In this document: one piece after another, positions 53,943 through 64,000 of the stretch | Layout: the number at the start of each line of letters is the position of its first letter | Numbering within the stretch: position 1 is the first letter of the stretch | The notes under the pieces: model-generated | Told to the model about the DNA's origin: nothing | Databases searched by the model: none | What the model saw: the letters and a program-made list of their open reading frames with translations, nothing else | NCBI GenBank assembly: GCA_951406725.2 | Contig: OX597829.1 | Coordinates: forward strand, 30,256,001-30,320,000 | Length of the DNA: 64,000 nucleotides | DNA from: Octopus vulgaris | Lineage: Eukaryota | Direction: 5' to 3' | Position numbers and translations under genes: made by a program

Positions 53943-54243
53943 AATTTTAACATATATTTCTGTAAATTTATTTCCTTATTTTTCTTTTTATTGCTAGGTT
54001 TCTTAAAAGTCTAGCTTTTCAAATCAACTGCAATATATCAATGGAAGTTTTTTCTCTCAAAATACTAGAAAGATGAAATTCATATTTGAACTGAGCAAGA
54101 AAGGAAATGAAACTAAATACCATAATGTATTTCATCAGCCATATCTACTTATTGTTTGCTGGACCATTATATATATGCATTAAATCCTGAAATATTTTGG
54201 AATATTATTTGAATACTAATCAATACGGTTTCCTATTTTTCAG

Positions 54244-54412
54244 AATGCCAAAAAGAAAGCTTCTGCGAATACTGAAAATCATCCTCCTACCACCCAACTA
54301 ACAAAAATAAAATACTCAGGTCCTGCACACATAAAAAAAGACAAGCGTCAAAATTCTTCAAGATTCAGTGTTTCTAAAAACCGAGAACTGCAAAAATTAA
54401 CACCAATGAGGG
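54244..54412 (+). CDS. PPP2R5D: PP2A B56 (delta/gamma-type) regulatory subunit, internal coding exon (N-terminal arm)
   Basis: Acceptor ttttcAG at 54242-43, donor GTttgt at 54413. Translates [56 protein letters not shown]+G, matching the B56delta segment [41 protein letters not shown]. Ends phase 1, which joins the next exon in frame. Missed by the ORF track. Confidence 0.93.
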
Positions 54413-54574
54413 GTTTGTATATAATACTTTGATTACATTCGTAACTTTTAATACCTGAAATATTTTCTGTTGCTATTATCCTGTTAAATGTTTACAGATT
54501 GCATCAGCTATCATTAGAAATACTATTTAGCTATCATGCTGAGTATTGGCAGACATTACTGTAAGTGTCTTATC

Positions 54575-54626
54575 TGTATGTATGTATGTATGTATGTATG
54601 TATGTATGTATGTGTGTGTGTATGTA
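54575..54626. repeat. (TATG)n(TG)n microsatellite
   Basis: Directly visible. Confidence 0.95.
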
Positions 54627-55127
54627 TTTGCTCCTGACATTTTTGTGCATATTAAGTTGAGAAATACTGCATAATTTTATTGATGTAATGATTTTGAAAT
54701 CATAGGATTAAGGACATGTAGATTAACAATGCTAAGAAACAAACATGTCTTACAGTGATTACTTCATATTAAGGTGAATGCTTCATGTTTGACATTACAT
54801 CATCTACATGCTCTCATCATATATGATTGCACACAGGTAAAATGAGTTTTAATCACTCACCAGACAGTGGTTATCCTTTCTGATCAATCAAATTATTTGC
54901 CTTTCTTAATTGAAAATATGCTTTCAGTGGATTGTCACATCATATGTAATATGCACATTCACACTTATTTGTATGTACACATTTACATATGTAGATACAC
55001 ATTCACAAAATTTCTTGCATAATTTCAGTATTGGTAACTCTAGCAACAGCTTTGAAGAATAATTCAATGATAGTACCTCACAAATTTCTTTCGCAGCAGC
55101 ACTACTAGTTCAAGTTGTAGCCATGGA

Positions 55128-55290
55128 CATGTTATTAAGTTCACTTCTCAACTATAAGCTGTTGGGTTTAGTCCCAATGTTAGACCTTCTTCTAACTCAG
55201 TGTTGCCCTGAGTCAACCAATGTCTTATGAGAGCTAATGATCAACAGAGACTGTGTGGAAGCTCACTGTAGGTGTATGTGTGTGTACATG
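55128..55290 (+). mobile_element. tRNA-derived SINE, strongly decayed
   Basis: ttattaagttcacttctcaac...gggtttagtccca...ccctgagtcaaccaatgtcttatgagag...ctgtgtggaagc followed by (TG)n. Confidence 0.5.
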
Positions 55291-56636
55291 AATGTCAATA
55301 TTCCATGGCTTCACTGTTCACTGGTTCACTGCCTGTAGCATCTGTTTATCTCTCTTGCATATATGTTCTCTCAAAAGAAACTAGATAACTAGCATCCTTT
55401 AGTATCTCACGCACTCAAAATTGATTCCACTTCAGACAGTTATATGATACTGTACTTGGCATTTTTTTCTTTTGATGATGCACAAGTCTTCTTGTAAGAG
55501 TATGCTGATAGATATCGGTACAATGAGTCAACGTAATGGCAAGTACAGCACCATTTGCACTCAACAAGTTTGTATATATGCCTCTTGAGTTCGTAAAACC
55601 TGGATATCCAAAAGTTACCTTTGTCTATGCCCATCTTATATGAGGAGGAACAGCAAGAACATCTGATTATTCTTTGTTCTATTGTATACAGCATAGTCAT
55701 CATTACAAGTAAATGGTGTTCTTTTATTGCTAACAAAGAAGGAATATGTGCACTGGAGGAGAAAGTGAACAACATTTAAGAATTTCTTGTATTTATGTCA
55801 CAATGAAGGCAAAGAAAATTTCTTGGTCTTACTAACTCACCAACATGTGTTACTCTTTTATTCCTAACTCTACTGAAGTAACATCCAAGAACAGAAAGAA
55901 GAATTAGCCAATCTCCTCAATAAGAACAAACGTGTCTCTTTCATCCTAGAGCAGCCATATCATTACAGCTGGATTTTTACAACTGATGGTTGATGTCTGG
56001 TAGCCACTTTTTTTTCTCAAAACGTTTGCAACCAGCAGAAACACAATACTGCACTTTTGGATAGGAAGTAATTGCAGCATACTTTGCCATGAAATGCTTT
56101 TGTCACATGCTAGATAGTTGTGTATTTATTATTTACCTTATCCTACTTTCAATATACCAGTGACAAGGAAGACTAAATCTGTCACATGTTCACTTGTCAG
56201 CTTACTTTATACAAGTATTTAATATTAAAAGATATATTTGTGTCTCAATCAAAATATATTACTGTGCAAAGTAAGCTGGTCAGTTAATGTGTTATTATTT
56301 ATCTAGGCTACTTTCTAATGCATAAAAACAAATTTAAACCTTCTAAAAAGATAAAAGAACAAAAAAATCTTATTTTTAAAATAGGGAGATAGTGTAAGGT
56401 GGTGAATGTTTAGTATTATAGTTCTAAAATAGACTTAGTAACCAAACTATATTTCCATTTTGTTTTGAATTCATTCTTAAGGTATTTTCAGCTGAAAAGA
56501 TCTATTTATCATATGACAGGATTTAAAATTCTCATATGGTGCAAGAAAAATATTTCTTTTTATTTATTCTTAAGATATTCCCATTTATGAAAATGTTTTG
56601 TCAAAATATTTTCAGTTAACATTTGAATGTTTATAG

Positions 56637-56836
56637 ATGCTCCTTTGACTGAACGCGAACAGCTGTTCATCCAAAAAATCCAGCAGTGTGGTGTTTTGTT
56701 TGACTTTGTACAAGACCCACTAAGTGACTTAAAATGGAAAGAAGTAAAACGGGCTGCTTTAAATGAAATGGTAGAATATGTTTCACAAAACAGAGGTATA
56801 TTGACTGAACATATATATCCTGAAGCAATACAGATG
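56637..56836 (+). CDS. PPP2R5D: PP2A B56 subunit exon (200 bp), start of the B56 HEAT-like domain
   Basis: tatAG acceptor and GTttgt donor. (D)[66 protein letters not shown] is a typical B56 sequence; it lies inside ORF 56627..56941. Confidence 0.97.
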
Positions 56837-56991
56837 GTTTGTATTTCAAGTAACTTTTTAATTTTTTACATACATATTGTAAGAATTTTCTTCCTGGCTT
56901 GCTTATTTATATTGCTTTTTTTCTTTTTTGCATTTTGCTAAATTATATCTAAAAAAAAAAAAAAAGACCCTGTCAGATTGCATATTGGACA

Positions 56992-57432
56992 CTAACCCTT
57001 TTGAGATACTCCTGGTTCTATGATACAAGCTTCCTGTTTAATCATTTTACTGCGGAAATCAGATATATCCACTCAAAATTTCATTACTTTTAACAGCAGA
57101 AAGCAGTTTGATATACCAATCTATCATTTGTTGAGGATTGTCATGTTTGAAACTGTTTTTTGTTGAGATATAACAAGTTCATTGAATTAATGTGACTTGC
57201 AGACAAAAATCAATTCTATTTTTTGGTAGCTAGACATCATTACTGTAATAATCTGAAATTTAATTTCTCAGTTAAAGACTTAAAATGGTTTACTTAAAAC
57301 TTTCCTTCAAAATTTCCATGTTAATTTATGTTCCAAACACTAGTTTGTCATTTTACAAAATTCTTCAGTATTTTGAAAATTGAAACCAGAGCTGTGTATT
57401 TTAATAGGGATATAAAGCAACAAGAGGGTCAA
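56992..57432 (-). mobile_element. MITE family A, reverse orientation, interrupted by ~230 bp of other sequence
   Basis: ctaacccttttga...ggttctatgatacaagcttcctgttt at the left end; the family resumes near 57280 (cttaaaactttccttcaaaatttccatgttaattta) and runs to gagggtcaa. Confidence 0.6.
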
Positions 57433-58229
57433 TATACCTAACAGTGTTATATTTTATTTATCTATCCATTATTTTAAAAAACCTACTGATCTGTTAGAAC
57501 ATAGTGTAAATAAAAATAAATAACTAAAACTATATCTGCAAATAAACCTTAATTTATCAAACATAGCTGATAGTAGAGAGAACATTAAAATATTCAAATC
57601 AGTGTTACTATTTCTAATTTATTATTGTGAAATAGTAACCAAGAACTTGCTTCTAATATTGTTGCTAGCTGCATGTTTTGTGTCACCTATGAAAATATTG
57701 ATTCTTGTACCTAGTAGTTGTAAGATATTTGATTTATGAACAAAGAAAGTCAGTTAACACCAAAGGTTTTTAATCTCTGCATCAGTGTCATAACTTTTCT
57801 TTTATCATAATCTATATCCTTGTTAAGGACAACTTTCAGCACTAGTGGAGCATCAGACAAAATTCCCTGCAGGTTTTGGTTACATCTTTGTATGTGTTGA
57901 GTTGAAATTCTGCTCATTTACACTTTCTTTTTTTATTCTCTGGGATGCATAGAATACCAGTCATTTGTTGGGGTTTTTTCTCCTTTAGTCAGAAGGAAAA
58001 GCATTGTCCCAGGTCTGTTACAGGCCATCATGATCCATTGTTACGAGGGAGGAATGCACCCTTAAACCAAAGGTGTGGCTGAATTCTTGCAACAGAGTGG
58101 ACTCTGCTAAAGTACCTAAGGCGGTAATGTTAAACTGAGCAATGGATTAAGTTTATTACTACCTTTGATACCACTAATACACTGCTCTGGATAGTTTATT
58201 ATTATTATTGTTATTATTATTATATTGAC

Positions 58230-58400
58230 CACTCATCATCATCTAGTGTTTGAAAGCGGGGTTTTGTGCCTGTTAACGGATGTGGCCAGAATACCTCAAT
58301 GTCATAGCAACTGCCCTCACACCATCTCGCCATCTTGCCCGGTTTGGGGTGTTCTCCATTCTCAAGCCAACCCTCCAATATAGAGGGTTTTCACCTTCCT
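58230..58400 (-). mobile_element. RTE LINE ORF C-terminus and 3' end
   Basis: RVGLRMENTPNRARWRDGVRAVAM matches the A.DR..WR C-terminal motif of RTE ORFs; a gatgatg tail follows. Confidence 0.55.
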
Positions 58401-59435
58401 TTTCGAAGTAGGCAGGTGCAGCCCACCTCAACCTTTGGGCTGGCTGGTGCCCATTCTCCTTTGCTATCATGTGGCTTTTTTGGAGCTGGATTTTCTATGG
58501 GGAGCATGCCCTTGCTTACCCCCAACCTCAGTTTCTAGACATGAGTGGTCCCGAGACCAAGGCCTCTACCACGATTTTTTAAGAAATGTGATAGAAAACT
58601 AGTTCAGGAAAGCAGGGACACTACTCCATGAGACCTCTTTCAGGGGCCCCTTACCACTGAAAGTTTAAAAAATTTGAAAGGATTGAATTCAGAAGGTAGA
58701 GAATTGTAATAAATAATGTGAGATGCCCTGTCTGACATTCTAACAACTCTGCCAATTCATTACCTTAATAGAATCCTTCTCCTGTGATCCAGGGTTAATG
58801 TCAGAAATTATCAACCAAATATCAGTATGCTGTATTATTACTTAGACATTTATGGCAAATAAGATTTAATTTTTAAACTTCTTTACATTTTTAAAATTCA
58901 TGTTTTCCACAGTTACTCTGTGAAAAATACAAATTTCAGTATTAAATCAAATATATATATATAAACACACACACACACACACGTGTGTGTGTATTTAACA
59001 TCTGTTACCCATGTCATGTTGACTTTTTGTATACAAAAATTGGCACAAGTACTAGCAAACATGCTCTCTAATCACTCTTGCTATCTTTTAAAGATGTAAT
59101 GCACTCTAAGCTTTCTTTAGATTAACGCATTCTACATCCTTCATCAGCTTCCAAAGATGCATAACAAACTGCAACATCATAGATGCCCTTTTACAGTTCT
59201 CTTATTTGATTTCAGAATTTAGAGCTATATTTTAAGTCAAATTTTTGTTGCAGTTTACTTAATCCATGTTTTAATGCTTTTTTGTTTTTTGGAATAGAAA
59301 CTTCTTTGAGTTCAGATATTTAGCTATTCAAAATCAAATACAAATTCATGATGATGACGATTGTGTATGTATGTATGTATGTGTGTGTGTGTATATATAT
59401 AAAAAATATATTGAAAAATTTTTGTTATTTTTCAG

Positions 59436-59546
59436 TTTGCTGGAAATTTATTTAGAACATTACCACCTTCCTCAAATCCTAGTGGAGCTGAATTTGATCC
59501 TGAGGAAGATGAACCAACTCTAGAAGCTGCTTGGCCACATTTACAG
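59436..59546 (+). CDS. PPP2R5D: PP2A B56 subunit exon (111 bp) with acidic loop
   Basis: ttttcAG acceptor, GTtttt donor. [37 protein letters not shown], phase 0/0. Confidence 0.97.
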
Positions 59547-60046
59547 GTTTTTATACTTTTAATTATACTGGAAATTTAAACTTAGATTAAAAAAACAGAT
59601 TCAGTCAATTAGATTGCTATTCTGGCAACTAAAGATTTGAAACCTTATGGTACTCCTATAAGCCGTACCTGTACTCTTTTATAAAATATAAGTGTAATGT
59701 TGAACTAAGTTTTGGAATATTTAGTATTAATTCCTTTCTTTTCCATGCTTTCTTGATGGTTTCAGTTTGAATTATAGTCAATATTGTTCTACTAAAACTA
59801 CTTGTAAGATTTGAATATATTGAAATCTGATGTAATTAGTTTCATGGTCATTTATTAGTTTGATTAAGCACATTGGAAACAAAGTAACAATAATTAATTC
59901 CTGTTGAAATGGTGTATAACTGAGGTCAAAATATGGACTATTTTGTCATAATTTGTTGGATTCAGAATTAAAATGTCTTGATAAAATTTCATTAGTAATC
60001 TAAGTATTTGAAAGTTTAAATTTAATTATACTGTGGAATTAATGTC

Positions 60047-60275
60047 TGAATCCTTTTAGCATTCACATTAGTCTGTCAAATGTAATACTTATTTATTCAA
60101 ATAGTTTTGAATTAATCATGCATTATCTTGTAGCTTCAAGATTTCAATGATGTGATTGTTTATTTTTACACTGACATTGTAGTGTAGGCTGGGAGGTCAG
60201 TTCTAGCCAGTTTGAAAATAAAAACAGGTAGAATATTAGGGCCTGATGTGGCCAGTTTAAATTCTAAAGGGTTAA
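60047..60275 (+). mobile_element. MITE family B
   Basis: tccttttagcattcacatt ... ttaaattctaaagggTTAA. Confidence 0.8.
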
Positions 60276-60394
60276 ACAACCAAATATTACATTGTTGAAA
60301 TTGTTATCACTTTTTTTTGGTTCTATAAAAATGACAGTGCTCATTGTCTTTTTTTTTTAAACTTCTATAAGCAGTTCCTAAAAAATTTAACTGA

Positions 60395-61112
60395 TGAGGG
60401 ATTGCTAGTTGCTATGTCATATAAGATAAATAATATTTATACATTGAAATGCTTAACATAACAGGAATGTAATACAAGAAATTTATCTTTTAGTCAAGAG
60501 GGAAAGTAAAGTTTACAACCCTTTACAAAATCTTTGAGATTGGATTGGTAAGAATAAGTCAGAGAGATATCCTCTGACTGGAGACCTGACTTGAATGCTT
60601 GCAACAGTGGGCTCTGTTAAAGGTACCAAGACTTGAGGGATTGCTAGTTGCTATGTCAGACAAGATAAATAATATTTATACATTGAAATGCTTAACATAA
60701 CAGGAATGTAATACAAGAAATTTATCTTTTAGTCAAGAGGGAAAGTAAAGTTTACAACCCTTTACAAAATCTTTGAGATTGGATTGGTAAGAATAAGTCA
60801 GAGAGATATCCTCTGACTGGAGACCTGACTTGAATGCTTGCAACAGTGGGCTCTGTTAAAGGTACCAAGACTTGAGGGATTGCTAGTTGCTATGTCAGAC
60901 AAGATAAATAATATTTATACATTGAAATGCTTAACATAACAGGAATGTAATACAAGAAATTTATCTTTTAGTCAAGAGGGAAAGTAAAGTTTACAATCCT
61001 TTACAAAATCTTTGAGATTGGATTGGTAAGAATAAGTCAGAGAGATATCCTCTGACTGGAGACCTGACTTGAATGCTTGCAACAGTGGGCTCTGTTAAAG
61101 GTACCAAGACTT
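60395..61112 (+). repeat. Tandem triplication of a 239-bp unit
   Basis: Units start at 60395, 60634 and 60873; about 3 substitutions in total. Confidence 0.97.
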
Positions 61113-61157
61113 AGGTCAAATACCAAAAGGCCTTTAATTTGATCTTCTAACAATTTC

Positions 61158-61625
61158 ACCATCCTACTGCCCTTAATCAGTGCCTTTTTTGTTGAAGTTT
61201 GATCTGTACAGTTGAAATGTAAAGTTGATCTTAGCAGGATTTGAACTCAGTGCAAATAGTCAGACTGTTTAAAGATTCCGCCAATTTGCTAAGTAAACCA
61301 ACCCACTGCCCTTGATCAGTGCCTTTTTTGTTATAGTTCAGTCTGTACAATTGAAATATAAAGTTGAATTCAGCAGGATTTGAAGTTGGTGCAGATAGTC
61401 ATGCCAAATACCATGACAGTTTAAATATCTGACAGTTTAAAGATTCCACCAATTTGCTAGTAAACCAACCCATTACCCTTGATCAGTGCTGTTTTATTGC
61501 AGTTCAATCTGAGTTGAAATGCAAAGTTGATCTTAGCAGGATTTGAACTCAGTGCAGATAGTCAGACTAAATACCATGAGACATTCTACCTGATAGTTTA
61601 AAGATTCTGCCAATTTGCTAAGTAA
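61158..61625 (-). repeat. Three degenerate tandem copies (~140-167 bp) of a SINE fragment
   Basis: Units start near 61158, 61297 and 61464. Each has aaagttga..cagcaggatttgaa and gattccgccaatttgc, homologous to the 25188-type SINE head on the minus strand. Confidence 0.8.
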
Positions 61626-61773
61626 GTTTTGCTTTGTGCCAGGTGATAAGTTTTCATACATGCTTGGTTGTGTATCCATCCATAACAAATAGAAGCTGAA
61701 ATTTGAATTCTGTTCCTTTTAGTCAACATAAAAGATAAATTTTTTTTGCAAATTATTTTTTCTTCTTTTTCAG

Positions 61774-61866
61774 CTTGTATATGAATTTTTTCTACGGTTC
61801 TTAGAATCTCCAGATTTTGTACCTAACATAGCAAAACGGTATATAGATCAAAAATTTGTATTACAG
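61774..61866 (+). CDS. PPP2R5D: PP2A B56 subunit exon (93 bp)
   Basis: Long pyrimidine tract plus cAG, GTaatt donor. [31 protein letters not shown]. Confidence 0.97.
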
Positions 61867-62391
61867 GTAATTTGCATATTTTCTTTTATATTCGAAGTAT
61901 AAACAAGGTGGACCAGGTCTTATTTAAGACGCCTTACTAATACACTTACATGATATTTTTATCTATTTCACATTTTATATATGCTATTTACAATCCATAT
62001 GTTCTGTTTACTAAACAAATATAGCATTAAAAAAGAAATACCAAAATTACACTTATGTTTTGTTGTAATATTCAGCATATCCAGTTTCTGTAATGAGAAT
62101 ACACTGAGACAGAATTGTAGTTAGAAATAACTTGATATATTTATCTTACCAAACTTTGTCTATATTGTTTTCCTATAAAATGTATTGCAAAAGTTAATTT
62201 GGTCAGTTAAATGTCTACTTTTTGAGTTTACAGTTTATTGATCCTAAAAATATTCTTTTGGCATAAATAGAAGCAAATGTAGGAAATGTTAAGAAAAGTA
62301 TTAAATTTAAAAGATAATTGGTTAATTCTTTTACATATGGATAAATTTGATTTAGAAAGTGATATATAGATGATTTTTTTTATTATTATAG

Positions 62392-62523
<132 letters not shown>

Positions 62524-62789
62524 TAAGATTTTGTTTTTATTGAATTTATTCTAAAGAAATCAACATTTCAGTTGACATTTATACATAGATCTTTTTGTTG
62601 CTATTTTTCATATTTTTCATCTTAATAGTTAAATTTGTTAATTGACTGAAATCCAAAATAATTGTTTACATACCTGTTAATTTTTTTTATAACACAACAT
62701 CAGTGTTCATTTTGTAAATGTTAACATTTGAATAACAACTAAAATTTACCTAAAAAGGAAATAGGACTCTACAACTATTTGAGAAAGGA

Positions 62790-63300
62790 CTGTACTCTGC
62801 ATGCAAAGAAGGTATAAATAGAAATTGTAAATGATGTATTCAGTATAAACTATGGATGCACAAGGGGCTGGTTGACATAAGGCAGGCTTTGTGCATTTCC
62901 TATGCACTGGAGTAGTTAACAGTGAAGATGCATGTGATACATTCCTTCAAATGCACAGAAGACTTCCTAGAAATAGTTGATAGCTTTTATTACCTGTTTG
63001 ACTTAATAAGCAATGGTGGATGCATGTGTTTCAAGAGCATAGTGGTGAGAGTGAGAATAGGTTGGAAAAAGTTAAGGGAACTACTGTGTTATGCTATGTG
63101 GTAGCATGAGATGGGTGGAGTGTATACTCTTCTGGATACATAATCTTGGTGCGTATGAATGATGGTGCATAAATGAACTGAAAAAAGTTAGAGCAGTCAA
63201 GTATTGTATGAAGAGGGAAGACTATGCTGAGACAGGTTGTACTGGATTACATGTTGCAGGTAACACTTAGAGCAACTGTGAAAGCTTATATAAATCTCCG
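62790..63300 (+). mobile_element. RTE LINE RT fragment
   Basis: LEIVDSFYYLFDLISNGG...RVRIGWKKLREL resembles the RTE segment E.V..F.YLG......R...W..F (ORF 62922..63104). Confidence 0.7.
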
Positions 63301-63485
63301 AGTTTTTTTTTCAGTAGAAATCTTATACTTTATAAGGTTATAATTTGTTTACTATGGCATTGAGATGTCTTTTTATTTCAAGTAGCATTCAATATGTGTA
63401 GATTATAACTTCATTTCCCTCATTATCAATTATAAATTTTCAATTAGTGACTGACAATCAGGAGAAAATTGTAAAATCAATTACA

Positions 63486-63842
63486 TGGTTGTGTGGTTAA
63501 GTTTGTTTGTCAACCACATGGTTTTGGGTTCAATTTCTCTGTGAAGCACCTTGAACTTATGTTCTCTACTATGGCTCCAGGCTAAGTCTTGTAAGTGGAT
63601 TTGGTAGACAGAAACTGAAAGGAGTATTCATGTGTGTATGACTGCCTAAAACAAGTATCACCATCATACAACCAGTGTTCTTTTGTTTCCATTCTTCTAT
63701 GAAAACATATCTGAGAAATATTACCTAACTTAAAAAATAGGTGAGGATTGGTAACAGGGAAGGCATCCATAGGAAATCTGTTTCAACGAATTCTGTCTGA
63801 ACCATGCAAGCAAGGAAAAAGTGGACATTAAATGATGATAAT
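63486..63842 (+). mobile_element. tRNA-derived SINE with RTE-type 3' tail
   Basis: ggttgtgtggttaag...gggttcaatt...ggatttggtagacagaaactgaaagg...gggaaggcatcc...ggaaaaagtggacattaaatgatgat. Confidence 0.85.
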
Positions 63843-64000
63843 GTGAAATGCAAGTGGCAAAATGGCGATAAGCCTATTTAAAAAGAGGATGGATTAAGTT
63901 TGCATTGTAGCATAGTGTGTGGAAAGTATAGCTGTGGTGTTCAAAAGTTGTTGTGAAGCAGCTAATCCTTTTTGTATTTACATTTTTAACTTTACTTGAA

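Larger units (their letters stand above)
1..54243 (+). other. Probable very large 5' intron of the B56 gene
   Basis: The first visible exon starts at a splice acceptor with no in-frame start codon before the conserved segment. No other host coding exon was recognised upstream, and the region is repeat-rich and CpG-depleted. A small unrecognised exon cannot be excluded. Confidence 0.6.

Noticed and set aside
54245-54301. ATG right after the acceptor (MPKRK...) as the gene start
   Set aside because: Out of frame with the conserved B56 sequence and stops after 18 codons.
55440-55780. Possible extra exon or ORF with several CpGs and TGAGTCA
   Set aside because: No homology recognised and no ATG/donor combination in the phase needed to join exon 56637.
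56837-56941. Hydrophobic C-terminal tail of ORF 56627..56941
   Set aside because: Intron read-through past the donor at 56837.
60391-60420. CTGATGAG as a hammerhead core at the start of the 239-bp array
   Set aside because: No stem II or GAAA follows, and the motif is not part of the repeated unit.

Overview
AT-rich, CpG-depleted animal genomic DNA, not a prokaryotic window. The repeat families (tRNA-derived SINEs with (GAT)n tails, RTE LINE tails, TTAA MITEs) look like those of Octopus/coleoid cephalopods, which is an inference. The only host gene found is on the + strand: five consecutive coding exons (54244-62522) of a PP2A regulatory B56 subunit of the delta/gamma type (PPP2R5D/PPP2R5C co-orthologue). 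Its start exon(s) and 3' exons are not recognisable here, so 1-54243 is most likely one very large 5' intron. That region is filled with SINEs, RTE and CR1-group LINE remnants, two piggyBac-type MITE families, a Tigger/pogo fossil and a probable non-autonomous Helitron. The most unusual region is 39068-40930. It holds a 237-bp direct duplication around a young RTE-type tail, tandemly amplified hairpin+pseudoknot modules showing covariation, and a ~450-bp head-to-head palindrome whose arms each join a tRNA-like Pol III head to a Penelope-type hammerhead-ribozyme-like core. Nearly all ORF-track entries are spurious or repeat-derived.
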